From NCBI GenBank assembly GCA_018714105.1, contig DVNW01000023.1, positions 20,005-84,004 of the forward strand: DNA of 64,000 nt, read 5' to 3'. This document shows positions 7,502-19,952 of the stretch, piece by piece; position 1 is the stretch's first letter; every line of letters starts with the position of its first letter. This DNA comes from Candidatus Faecicola pullistercoris. Lineage in GTDB: Bacteria > Bacillota > Clostridia > Christensenellales > CAG-917. A model generated the notes under the pieces. It saw nothing but the letters and a program-made list of their open reading frames with translations. It ran no database searches and was not told the DNA's origin. Position numbers and translations under genes: made by a program.

Positions 7502-8287
7502 ATGATTACGGTAAAAGTTCCCGCAAAGATAAATCTGACGCTTGACATTACGGGTGTAATGGGAGGGTATCACTTGCTCGACAGCATAATAGTGCCCGTC
7601 AATCTTTTCGACACGGTCAGAGTGGATTTTAATGACGGAAGCGAAGTCTCGTGCAAGGGCATAGACGTCCCCGATATTTCCAACACCGCGTGCAAGGCCG
7701 CCCGTCTCATGATGGAGGAATACGGGCTCCCCGGAGCCGCTATAGAAATAGCTAAAGGCATACCTTTCAGCGGCGGACTGGGCGGTTCGACCGCCGACGG
7801 CGTTGCCGTCATCAAGGCGTACGAAAGGCGGTTCGGTCTTAAAGCGTCGGCGCAAACGGTGGCCCGACTGGCTTCGGACGCGCCCGCGATGTACGCAGAG
7901 CGCGCGGTCAGAGTTAACGGCAGGGGCGAAAAAGTTGCTCCGGTCGGCATTGAGGTCAGACATAAAATATTGCTTAAAGTGGCGGAAGGCGGCGTTGATA
8001 CGGCAAGATGCTATGCCGAGTACGACGCGTCGGAGGGCAAGTCTACCGCATATACCGCCGAAGTTTTAAAGGAAGGGATATTCCGCCCGTCAAAAGCCGG
8101 AAACGCGCTTCACGAGGCGGCGGCACGGCTTAACGGAAATATCGGAAAAGTAACCGACGAGATGTTTGCTCTGGGAGCGGAAGCCGCGTACGTAACGGGC
8201 AGCGGAAGCGGAGTGATAGGCTTTTTCGGCCGTATTCCCGAAAATTTGCCCGAAGAGTTTATAAGTCTGGAAATCAAAACAATATAA
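7502..8287 (+). CDS. ispE: 4-diphosphocytidyl-2-C-methyl-D-erythritol kinase
   Basis: MITVKVPAKINLTLDI N-terminus and GHMP motif GIPFSGGLGGSTADG. The ATG at 7502 fits family N-termini better than the TTG at 7487. Confidence 0.9.
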   Translation: MITVKVPAKINLTLDITGVMGGYHLLDSIIVPVNLFDTVRVDFNDGSEVSCKGIDVPDISNTACKAARLMMEEYGLPGAAIEIAKGIPFSGGLGGSTADGVAVIKAYERRFGLKASAQTVARLASDAPAMYAERAVRVNGRGEKVAPVGIEVRHKILLKVAEGGVDTARCYAEYDASEGKSTAYTAEVLKEGIFRPSKAGNALHEAAARLNGNIGKVTDEMFALGAEAAYVTGSGSGVIGFFGRIPENLPEEFISLEIKTI

Positions 8288-8357
8288 AAGACGGCGCCGG
8301 CCGTCTTTTATATTTCACGTATTTATTTTAAAGGACGGCAAGACGCCGTCCTTTTTC
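8287..8357. terminator. Two hairpin terminators between convergent ispE and nifJ
   Basis: AAGACGGC-GCCG-GCCGTCTT plus a T-run (8288-8311). GGACGGC-AAGAC-GCCGTCC plus T5 (8333-8356). Confidence 0.65.
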
Positions 8358-8361
8358 CGTT

Positions 8362-11982
<3,621 letters not shown>

Positions 11983-12126
11983 TTATAGTACACTGTTAAA
12001 TTTTAGTCAACCTTTTATAAAGGTAAAATACGGTCATAAAACAACAATTTTCGGGTATTTCGGAAAAACAGTTTTGCATTTGAAAAAAATATGGTATAAT
12101 CAATATTCGAAAACTCGGAGATCGTT

Positions 12127-12960
12127 ATGGAAGTACTCAGGCTGGAAAACGTAAGTTTCGATTACAGGCAGATTGAAGGCGAACCTCTGCACGCGGTGAA
12201 AGAGGTTTCTTTAAGCGTGCGCAAGGGTGAGTTTTTAGTGCTTGCAGGCGCTAACGGAAGCGGAAAATCCACCCTGGCCAAAATGATGAACGGACTTATT
12301 CTGCCAACGCGGGGCAAGGTTTACGTATACGGAACGGACACTGCGGACAAAACCAAAACTTTCGATATAAGAAGGCGCGTGGGCATGGTGTTTCAGAATC
12401 CCGACAATCAGATGATAGCCACCATCGTAGAGGATGACATCGCTTTCGGCCCCGAAAATCTCGGAGTCCCGCGCGAGGAAATAATCCGCCGCGTGGATTG
12501 GGCGCTTAAAGCGGTAGGAATGGAAGCCCGCCGTAAGGATACGCCTTTCAAAATGAGCGGAGGACAAAAACAGCGCATTGCCATAGCGGGTATTCTGGCC
12601 ATCAGGCCCGACATACTTATTCTCGACGAGGCAACCTCCATGCTCGATCCTAAGGGAAGGAGAGAGGTTACCGAGGTAATTACCCGACTCAACAAGGAGG
12701 AAGGTATTACCGTTATTCACATAACGCACCATATGGACGAGGCGGTCGGCGCAGACCGTATCGCCGTCATGCACGAGGGACGCATAGTAATGCAGGGTAC
12801 TCCCGCCGAAGTTTTTGCGTCGCCCCTTCTGACAACGGAATACAGGCTCGCATTGCCGGTTGCAAGCGAGATTGCCGCAGGGCTGAAAAAAGAAGGCTTC
12901 GATATGCCCGAAGTTTTGACGCCCGCTCAGCTTACGGAGGCAATATGTCGATTATTGTAG
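12127..12960 (+). CDS. ecfA1: ECF transporter ATPase subunit
   Basis: Walker A GANGSGKST, signature SGGQKQR and Walker B ILILDEATS. First of the ecfA-ecfA-ecfT trio. Confidence 0.93.
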   Translation: MEVLRLENVSFDYRQIEGEPLHAVKEVSLSVRKGEFLVLAGANGSGKSTLAKMMNGLILPTRGKVYVYGTDTADKTKTFDIRRRVGMVFQNPDNQMIATIVEDDIAFGPENLGVPREEIIRRVDWALKAVGMEARRKDTPFKMSGGQKQRIAIAGILAIRPDILILDEATSMLDPKGRREVTEVITRLNKEEGITVIHITHHMDEAVGADRIAVMHEGRIVMQGTPAEVFASPLLTTEYRLALPVASEIAAGLKKEGFDMPEVLTPAQLTEAICRLL

Positions 12961-13799
12961 AAAATCTGTCATACACGTACATGCCCAAAACTCCTTACGA
13001 GAAAAAAGCTCTCGATAATCTTTCTTTCCAAATACGCGAGGGCGAGTACGTCGGTATAATAGGAGCAACGGGAAGCGGAAAGTCCACTCTCGTACAGCAT
13101 CTTAACGGGCTTATCAAACTTACCGAGGGGCGTATAAGCGTTTTCGGAATGGAGCTTGACAAGAAAAGCAAGCCCGATTACAAGAAACTGCGCAGTACGG
13201 TGGGCATGGTTTTTCAATATCCCGAATATCAGCTTTTTGCCGAAACGGTGGAAAAAGACGTGGCTTTCGGGCCCAAAAACATAGAGCTTTCGGCCGAGGA
13301 AACGGCCGAAAGGGTACGCGAGGCGGTAGGTCTGGTCGGACTCGATTACGACGAAGTGGCGGGCAGAAGCCCCTTCGAGCTTTCGGGCGGTCAGAAGCGC
13401 AGAGTGGCAATCGCAGGAGTTATAGCCATGAGACCCAAAGTCCTTGTTCTTGACGAACCTACGGCAGGACTTGACCCCGCAGGGCGCAACGATATGTACA
13501 GGCTTATAGACAAAATCAAGGCCGAAAGCACGCCTACCGTAATAATGATTTCGCACAATATGGACGAGATTTCCCGTCACGCAGACAGGATTCTGGTGCT
13601 GAACGAGGGAAGAAAGGAGTTTTTCCTTCCCCCTGCCGAACTGTTTGCCAACAGCGCGCGCCTCAGTCAAATAGGTCTGGATATCCCGCTTCCCGTCAAA
13701 GTCGCGGGAGAGCTGAGAAGCCGCGGGTACGACGTCTCGCAGGACGTGATCACGCCCGACGATCTGACGGCCGAAATAAGGAGGCTCGCAGGCAGATGA
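12945..13799 (+). CDS. ecfA2: ECF transporter ATPase subunit
   Basis: GATGSGKST, SGGQKRR and VLVLDEPTAGLD. Overlaps ecfA1. Confidence 0.93.
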   Translation: MSIIVENLSYTYMPKTPYEKKALDNLSFQIREGEYVGIIGATGSGKSTLVQHLNGLIKLTEGRISVFGMELDKKSKPDYKKLRSTVGMVFQYPEYQLFAETVEKDVAFGPKNIELSAEETAERVREAVGLVGLDYDEVAGRSPFELSGGQKRRVAIAGVIAMRPKVLVLDEPTAGLDPAGRNDMYRLIDKIKAESTPTVIMISHNMDEISRHADRILVLNEGRKEFFLPPAELFANSARLSQIGLDIPLPVKVAGELRSRGYDVSQDVITPDDLTAEIRRLAGR

Positions 13800-14608
13800 A
13801 AAATATTTCCTTCGGTCAATACTACCCCGCGGACTCCTTTGTTCACAACCTCGATCCGCGTGTAAAAATACTGCTGATGACGGCTTTTATAATAAGCATA
13901 TTTTTCATAAAATCGTTTTTCGGATACGTAATCATAGCCGCGTTTATCCTGCTTTGCGTGATATTCAGCAAGGTCCCTTTCGGAAGCGTTCTGAGGTCGG
14001 TCAAAGGCATTTTGTTTCTGGTGCTTTTTACCATGATACTCAACCTGTTTTTTGTACGGGAAGGCAACGTGATTCTGGATTGGAAAATCATAAAAATAAC
14101 CGATTACGGGGTTTTATTTACCGCAAAAATGGCTTTAAGGCTTGTTTTGCTTGTTATGGGCACTTCGCTTTTGACGCTTACGACGACGCCCATGAGCCTT
14201 ACCGACGGACTTGAAAGTCTGATGAAACCGCTTAAACTGATCCGCTTTCCCGTGCACGACGTCGCGCTTATAATGAGCATGGCTCTCAGGCTCATACCCT
14301 CGCTTATGGACGAGGCGCAGAAAATTATGAACGCGCAGAAAGCGCGCGCCGCGAGTTTCGATTCCGGAAACGTGTTTCAAAGGGCAAAGGCGATGCTGCC
14401 CGTGCTAATACCGCTGTTCATATCCTCGTTCAGGCGGGCGGACGAACTTGCGCTCGCTCTCGACGCGAGATGCTATAACGCGACGCCTAACCGCACGAAA
14501 ATGAAAAAACTGAAAGCGGGATGGAGGGACGTTGTCGCTACTTTCGTTACGGCCGGATTTATCACGGTCATAATGCTGGATACCTTTTTATGGATGGGGG
14601 TATTCTGA
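13796..14608 (+). CDS. ecfT: ECF transporter transmembrane T component
   Basis: 270-aa multi-TM protein with the EcfT-type ARxxR region (AQKARAASFD...FRRADELALALDARCY). ATGA overlap with ecfA2. Confidence 0.9.
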   Translation: MKNISFGQYYPADSFVHNLDPRVKILLMTAFIISIFFIKSFFGYVIIAAFILLCVIFSKVPFGSVLRSVKGILFLVLFTMILNLFFVREGNVILDWKIIKITDYGVLFTAKMALRLVLLVMGTSLLTLTTTPMSLTDGLESLMKPLKLIRFPVHDVALIMSMALRLIPSLMDEAQKIMNAQKARAASFDSGNVFQRAKAMLPVLIPLFISSFRRADELALALDARCYNATPNRTKMKKLKAGWRDVVATFVTAGFITVIMLDTFLWMGVF

Positions 14609-14609
14609 C

Positions 14610-15350
14610 GTGCGTTACCGCATTACTTTAAGCTATCTCGGCACGGAATACTGCGGCTGGCAGCGTCAGAAAAACGGCGTATCCGTGCAGCAGAAAGTGG
14701 AAGAGGCGCTGGAAAAACTGCTGGGACAAAAGATTGACGTTCAGGCAAGCGGGCGCACCGACGCAGGCGTTCACGCGGCGGGGCAGGTGGCGCATTTCGA
14801 CGCGGAAACGTCTATTCCGAGCGATAAACTGCCTTTTGCGCTCAATACTCTTCTCCCCGACGACGTGAGAGTTAGGGATTGCGAGGAAACGTCCGCCGAT
14901 TTTCACGCGCGTTTTTCGGCAAAGCGCAAGACTTACGTATATAAAATTTACCTTGCGCGCCATTCTGATCCGCTCAGGCTGGGGCGTGCAGTTATGGTCA
15001 CGCCTCCGTTCGACGCGGAAAAGGCGCGGCAGGCTGCGGAATATTTTAAGGGCAGGCACGATTTCAAGGCGTTTTGCTCGACAGGCAGCCGCGTGAAGGA
15101 TACGGAGAGAGAAATTTACGATATTTCGGTGACCCAAAACGGCGACGAAATCACCCTGTCGGTTACGGGAAACGGATTTCTGTACAATATGGTCCGCATA
15201 ATCGCGGGCACCGTGGTCTATGCGGGGAAAGGCAAAATAGCCGCCGAGGCCGTTCCCGACATAATAAACTCCGGAGACAGAAAGAAAGCGGGCAAAACCA
15301 TGCCTGCCTGCGGACTGTATCTTTATTCGGTCGAATACGACGGATTTTGA
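14610..15350 (+). CDS. truA: tRNA pseudouridine(38-40) synthase
   Basis: YLGTEYCGWQRQ and catalytic GRTDAGVHA motif. GTG start. Confidence 0.93.
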   Translation: MRYRITLSYLGTEYCGWQRQKNGVSVQQKVEEALEKLLGQKIDVQASGRTDAGVHAAGQVAHFDAETSIPSDKLPFALNTLLPDDVRVRDCEETSADFHARFSAKRKTYVYKIYLARHSDPLRLGRAVMVTPPFDAEKARQAAEYFKGRHDFKAFCSTGSRVKDTEREIYDISVTQNGDEITLSVTGNGFLYNMVRIIAGTVVYAGKGKIAAEAVPDIINSGDRKKAGKTMPACGLYLYSVEYDGF

Positions 15351-15400
15351 GCCGTTTGGCGGCAAAATAATCTTTTTTGCGGGAATTTGCCTTTTTACGC

Positions 15401-15429
15401 TTGACATATCCGTTTACTTATTATATTAT
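15401..15429 (+). promoter_or_regulatory. Candidate promoter for rplM-rpsI
   Basis: TTGACA at 15401-15406, 17-nt spacer, TATTAT at 15424-15429. About 100 nt of leader follows. Confidence 0.45.
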
Positions 15430-15530
15430 AATCTAGCTTTTAATCGGGAATATTGGTACGGAAATTAAAGTTAGCCCCTTAGTTTTCTCAAAAATACCCG
15501 CAAAAATCAAAATCTTTGGAGGTCTTTACC

Positions 15531-15959
15531 GTGAAAACTTATATGGCAAAGCCCGAAAACGTTGAAAGAAAATGGTATGTGGTAGACGCTTCCGGCATGG
15601 TGCTCGGCAGACTGGCCAGTCAGGTTGCCGCCGTTCTCAGAGGCAAAAACAAACCCACCTTCACTCCCAACGTGGACACGGGCGATCACGTTATAATCAT
15701 AAATTGCGACAAGGTCCGTCTTACCGGCAAGAAAGCGGAACAGAAATATTACCGTTACCATACCGGTTACGTAGGCGGGTTAAAGGAAATTCAGTACAAA
15801 AAACTGATGGCCGAAAAACCCGATTTCGCCGTTTACAACGCGGTTAAGGGTATGTTGCCCAAAAACAGCCTCGGACGTCAGATGATTAAAAAGCTCCGCG
15901 TTTACAAAGGTGCGGAACACAATCATCAGGCTCAACAGCCCGAAGAACTCAAGTTTTAA
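15531..15959 (+). CDS. rplM: 50S ribosomal protein L13
   Basis: [20 protein letters not shown]-terminus. The GTG at 15531 lies 8 nt after GGAGG; the TTG at 15516 in the track overlaps the SD. Confidence 0.95.
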   Translation: MKTYMAKPENVERKWYVVDASGMVLGRLASQVAAVLRGKNKPTFTPNVDTGDHVIIINCDKVRLTGKKAEQKYYRYHTGYVGGLKEIQYKKLMAEKPDFAVYNAVKGMLPKNSLGRQMIKKLRVYKGAEHNHQAQQPEELKF

Positions 15960-15975
15960 TTGGAGGTAATCTACA

Positions 15976-16392
15976 ATGGCTCAGAAAAAAACCGCTAAAA
16001 AGAAAGTTCAGTTCTGGGGCACCGGCCGCAGAAAGAAAGCTATCGCCCGCGTAAGAATTATCCCCGAAGGCGAAGGCAACATAGTCATCAATAAAAGAAG
16101 CATCGACGAGTATTTCGGTCTCGAAACTTTAAAACTTATCGTCCGTCAGCCCTTGGTTTTAACCAAAACGCTCGATAAGTACGATATAGCCGTTAACGTA
16201 ACGGGCGGCGGATATACCGGCCAGGCCGGCGCAATCCGTCACGGCATAGCCAGAGCTCTTATCATAGCTCAGCCCGAACTCAGGGGCGAACTCAAAAAGG
16301 CAGGGTTCTTAACCCGTGACCCCCGCGCGAAAGAAAGGAAAAAACCCGGTCTCAAAAAAGCGCGCAGAGCTCCGCAGTTCAGCAAACGTTAA
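15976..16392 (+). CDS. rpsI: 30S ribosomal protein S9
   Basis: [12 protein letters not shown] and C-terminal [18 protein letters not shown]. Confidence 0.97.
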   Translation: MAQKKTAKKKVQFWGTGRRKKAIARVRIIPEGEGNIVINKRSIDEYFGLETLKLIVRQPLVLTKTLDKYDIAVNVTGGGYTGQAGAIRHGIARALIIAQPELRGELKKAGFLTRDPRAKERKKPGLKKARRAPQFSKR

Positions 16393-16409
16393 CCTTTTGG
16401 GAATCATCG

Positions 16410-16436
16410 AACCGTCCGTTTATCGGGCGGTTTTGT
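16410..16436 (+). terminator. Intrinsic terminator after rpsI
   Basis: AACCGTCCG-TTTAT-CGGGCGGTT (one G-U pair) followed by TTTTG. Confidence 0.65.
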
Positions 16437-16527
16437 TATTTTAAGGCTTTTTAGGTCCGCGCAGAGGCCGAAAAGGCGAAAAATAATATTTTTTACCGCA
16501 TTTTATGAAACATTTTGTTTAATTTAA

Positions 16528-16556
16528 TTGAATTCTGAAAACTGCTATGATATACT
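16528..16556 (+). promoter_or_regulatory. Promoter of the SDR-TetR-SDR operon
   Basis: TTGAAT at 16528-16533, 17-nt spacer with TGn, TATACT at 16551-16556. Palindrome AAACAtttTGTTT at 16508-16520 just upstream. Confidence 0.5.
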
Positions 16557-16619
16557 TATTATAGTTATATTAAGGCGGGAATGCCGCTTAAACGAAAAAA
16601 TACAGTAAGTGAGGTTTTT

Positions 16620-18215
16620 ATGGACAAGAAAACAGTTTTTATTACCGGTGCTTCCGGCTCTATGGGCAGCGAGGTTCTGAAACAGATTATGGCAACCAAA
16701 AAGTTCCGTTGCCGTATTCTTCTCAGGGATAAACCCACCAACCGCAAACTGGCAGCCAAACTTTTGAAAAACGCCGACGAAGGCGCTTTGGAAGTTGTTT
16801 TCGGCGACCTCGGAAACTATGACGATTGCGTTAAATGCGTATCCGACGCGGATTACGTATTACATATGGCCGCAATCATTCCTCCCGCGTCCGATCACAA
16901 TCCCAAAGCCGCCGAAAAAGCAAACTTCTTCGGCACCAAAAATCTTGTCGACGCAATCAAGGCAAGCCCCCGCGCGGACGAAATCAAATTTGTCGAAACG
17001 GGTACCGTTGCCGAATACGGCAACCGCGACTACAAGCACCCCTGGGGCCGCGTAGGCGATCCTCTCGTTCCCAGCTGCTACGATTTTTACGCCATCACCA
17101 AGCTCAGAGGCGAAAGGTACGTTGTGGAAAGCGGGCTCAAAAACTGGGTATCTCTCCGTCAGTCGGGCATACTGTACGACAATATCATGAACAACAATAT
17201 GGCGGACGGCCTTATGTTCCACACCTGCTACAACACTCCCATAGAGTGGGCTACCGCAAGGGACAGCGGCGTTATGCTGCGTAACCTCGTCGTATTCGAC
17301 AGCGAAGGCACTCTTGACAAGAGCTTCTGGCGCAAGTGCTACAACATCGGTAACGGCGCCGGCACCCGCGTAACCGGTTACGACACACTGGACGAAGGCT
17401 TCAAGATGATGGGCTGCGAGGCAAAAGACATCTTCCGCCCGCATTGGAACGCTATGCGTAACTTCCACTGCATGTGGTATTACGACAGCGACAAACTCGA
17501 AGAATATCTGCATTTCAGAAGCGAAACCGCCGAACAGTTCTGGAAGAACCTCGGCAAGAAATGCTGGTACTTCAAGTTCGGTAAACCTTTCAAGGGCCTT
17601 ATCCGCAAACTCGCTATCGAAAGACTGTTCAAGAGCAGCAACGCCCCCATGTACTGGATTAACCACAATATGGAAGGCCGCGTAAACGCTTTCTTCGGTT
17701 CTTACGACGAATGGAAGGCCATCCCCAGAGATTGGGATAAATTCCCGCTTCTGTGCAAAGGTCAGATTCCCGACGGTAAGGGCGGCATTAAGAAAATCGA
17801 TTACGAAGATCTTAAAGACATTACCAAAGTCAAGGAAAAAGGTCTGCTTCTGTCGCACGGCTACGACGAGGATAAACCCGATGAGGAACTCGGTTACGAA
17901 GACTTCCAGCAGGCTGCCGAATTCAGAGGCGGCAAGTGCCTGACCAAAGACGCCGTTAAGGGCGATCTGTATACCAAAATCGAGTGGGAATGCCACGACG
18001 GTCACAAGTTCATGGCTTCTCCCTACGCCGTTCTTAAAGCCGGATTCTGGTGCCCCGAGTGCTGCCAGCCCACGCCTTGGAATTTCGACGCTCTTTCCAA
18101 AAAAGTTCCTTTCTTCGCGCAGATCTGGTACGACACCCACAGCCCCGAAGAAAACAACTTCTACGACGCCGATTGCTATAAGGATATATTAGAGGCCGAC
18201 GCTAAAAACGGATAA
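16620..18215 (+). CDS. Extended SDR / NAD-dependent epimerase-dehydratase family protein with C-terminal zinc-ribbon module
   Basis: Rossmann motif VFITGASGSMGS and YAITK (YxxxK). About 200 aa of extra C-terminus ending in GGKCL...WECHDGHKF...GFWCPECC. The ATG at 16620 follows GTGAGG. Confidence 0.85.
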   Translation: MDKKTVFITGASGSMGSEVLKQIMATKKFRCRILLRDKPTNRKLAAKLLKNADEGALEVVFGDLGNYDDCVKCVSDADYVLHMAAIIPPASDHNPKAAEKANFFGTKNLVDAIKASPRADEIKFVETGTVAEYGNRDYKHPWGRVGDPLVPSCYDFYAITKLRGERYVVESGLKNWVSLRQSGILYDNIMNNNMADGLMFHTCYNTPIEWATARDSGVMLRNLVVFDSEGTLDKSFWRKCYNIGNGAGTRVTGYDTLDEGFKMMGCEAKDIFRPHWNAMRNFHCMWYYDSDKLEEYLHFRSETAEQFWKNLGKKCWYFKFGKPFKGLIRKLAIERLFKSSNAPMYWINHNMEGRVNAFFGSYDEWKAIPRDWDKFPLLCKGQIPDGKGGIKKIDYEDLKDITKVKEKGLLLSHGYDEDKPDEELGYEDFQQAAEFRGGKCLTKDAVKGDLYTKIEWECHDGHKFMASPYAVLKAGFWCPECCQPTPWNFDALSKKVPFFAQIWYDTHSPEENNFYDADCYKDILEADAKNG

Positions 18216-18808
18216 TGAGAAACTTCGATAGTAAGAAGGACCTGATTCTGGACGCTGCTCTTAAAGCTGCTATTCAAAAGGGCACGTCCAACGTCACGGT
18301 TCGAGAGGTTGCAAAGAGTGCCGGAGTAAACGTGGCTGCAATCAATTACTATTTTTCGTCCAAACATCAGATGCTTAAAAGCCTCGACAGGCTGTTCTGG
18401 GATAACTTCAACGAGGCTTTTAAGGAACTTGACCGCACGGACAAGGAAGCCGAAGAAAAACTTCTCGACTGGATGGTGGATGCGCTGAGTTACGCGGTTC
18501 ATTATCCCGGCATCGTTGTGATTTTACGTGAAAAATTTGCTTCGCCCAAAACGGCGGAGGATATTGTTTACAGGGATAAACTGTATGAAAATATCGGCAA
18601 AGTAAGAAAACTGTTCAACGAAGTAGTCGGTTGCGACGAGGCCGACAAAAAGTTGTTTACGATGTTTTCTTCAGCGGTCTTATGGCCCTATCTCGCCTTG
18701 CCTTTCGTAATAGGGGAAGTTCCGAGTTTTGCCAGCCATAAGGAAATGTACGAATTTTGTAAATTTAATTTGGATTTTTATAAAAACAAAAATTTTGGAG
18801 GTAAATAA
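18215..18808 (+). CDS. TetR/AcrR family transcriptional regulator
   Basis: N-terminal HTH VTVREVAKSAGVNVAAINYYFSSKHQML. TAATG overlap with the upstream gene. Confidence 0.9.
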   Translation: MRNFDSKKDLILDAALKAAIQKGTSNVTVREVAKSAGVNVAAINYYFSSKHQMLKSLDRLFWDNFNEAFKELDRTDKEAEEKLLDWMVDALSYAVHYPGIVVILREKFASPKTAEDIVYRDKLYENIGKVRKLFNEVVGCDEADKKLFTMFSSAVLWPYLALPFVIGEVPSFASHKEMYEFCKFNLDFYKNKNFGGK

Positions 18809-19899
18809 TGGACGCAGCAGGCAAGAAAAAAGTCTTTATCTTCGGTGGTACCGGCTTTTTAGGTTATTATTCAACGTTAGAGTATTTAAGACAGGGTTGG
18901 AAAGTCGACACGATGAGCTTACCCGATATCCCCCTCGGCGATTGGTTCCCCAAAGAGGTAGGTGTTAAATACGGCGATTTGTTCAAAATGAGCTATGAAG
19001 AACTCAAAGAGGCTCTCGACGACAATTACGACGCTATGGTTTATGCCGTAGGTCCCGACGACAGAGTTGTTCCTCAGGCTCCCGCTTACAATTTCTTCTA
19101 CGACAGACTGGTTACCGCATGCGGCGTGGTATTCAAGGCCGCAAGAGACGCAGGTATCCCCAAAGCCGTTCTGCTGAGCTCTTACTTCTGCTATTTCGAC
19201 AGGACTCATCCCGAATGGCATCTGTCCGAGCATCACTGCTATATCCGCGTAAGAAACGAGCAGGCTGCCGAAATGATTAAAATCGGCGGGGACAAGATGG
19301 CGGTAGTAGTTCTCGAACTGCCTTACATATTCGGTTGCATGCCCGAAAGAATTCCCCTTTGGAAAGAAGTGTTCATCGACCGTTTCGCTAAGATGCCCGC
19401 TTATTTCTTCCCCACCGGCGGCACCACGATGATTCACGTTACCGGTATTGCCGAAGCTGTTTATGCCGGCACGGTTAACGGTAAGGGCGGCCACAAATAT
19501 CCTATCGGTAACGTAAACGTCAAATACATGGATTGGCTCAAAATCATGAACGACGTAAGCGGCGAAAGGAAGAAGGTTCTGGGCGTTCCCACCTGGATGG
19601 CGGCTATCGGCGGATATTTTATAGACCGCAAATTCAAAAAAGAAGGCAGAGAAGGCGGCCTCGATCACGTTAAACTCATGAAAGACATTCAGAGCAGAGA
19701 TTACTTCTATGACGCACAGGCCGTCTGGAAAGAACTCGGCTACGACGAACTGGGCTATAACGGCGGTATGGGCATTATCGAAGGTATTAAGGACACCATG
19801 CGTGCTTGTCTTCCCGAAAGGTATGACGAAAAAGGTAACCTTAAACCCGAATGGGTAATTCCCAAAGAGAAACTGCAATACAAAGGTCCCGTTTTCTAA
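18808..19899 (+). CDS. Atypical SDR / NAD(P)-binding epimerase-like protein
   Basis: VFIFGGTGFLGYY Rossmann motif. The expected YxxxK position reads YIRVR. TAATG overlap with tetR and a GGAGG SD inside the tetR 3' end. Confidence 0.8.
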   Translation: MDAAGKKKVFIFGGTGFLGYYSTLEYLRQGWKVDTMSLPDIPLGDWFPKEVGVKYGDLFKMSYEELKEALDDNYDAMVYAVGPDDRVVPQAPAYNFFYDRLVTACGVVFKAARDAGIPKAVLLSSYFCYFDRTHPEWHLSEHHCYIRVRNEQAAEMIKIGGDKMAVVVLELPYIFGCMPERIPLWKEVFIDRFAKMPAYFFPTGGTTMIHVTGIAEAVYAGTVNGKGGHKYPIGNVNVKYMDWLKIMNDVSGERKKVLGVPTWMAAIGGYFIDRKFKKEGREGGLDHVKLMKDIQSRDYFYDAQAVWKELGYDELGYNGGMGIIEGIKDTMRACLPERYDEKGNLKPEWVIPKEKLQYKGPVF

Positions 19900-19925
19900 A
19901 AACCTTACTGTAACATAAATAAACA

Positions 19926-19952
19926 AAGGCGACGCCCGGCGTCGCCTTGTTT
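19926..19952 (+). terminator. Terminator hairpin after the SDR operon
   Basis: AAGGCGACGC-CCG-GCGTCGCCTT followed by GTTT (weak T-run). Confidence 0.6.

Noticed and set aside
16860-19926. Minus-strand ORFs of 426 aa and 335 aa opposite the two SDR genes.
   Set aside because: They are shadow ORFs. The + strand frames carry clear Rossmann and SDR motifs plus translational coupling. The antisense frames have no motifs or SD.
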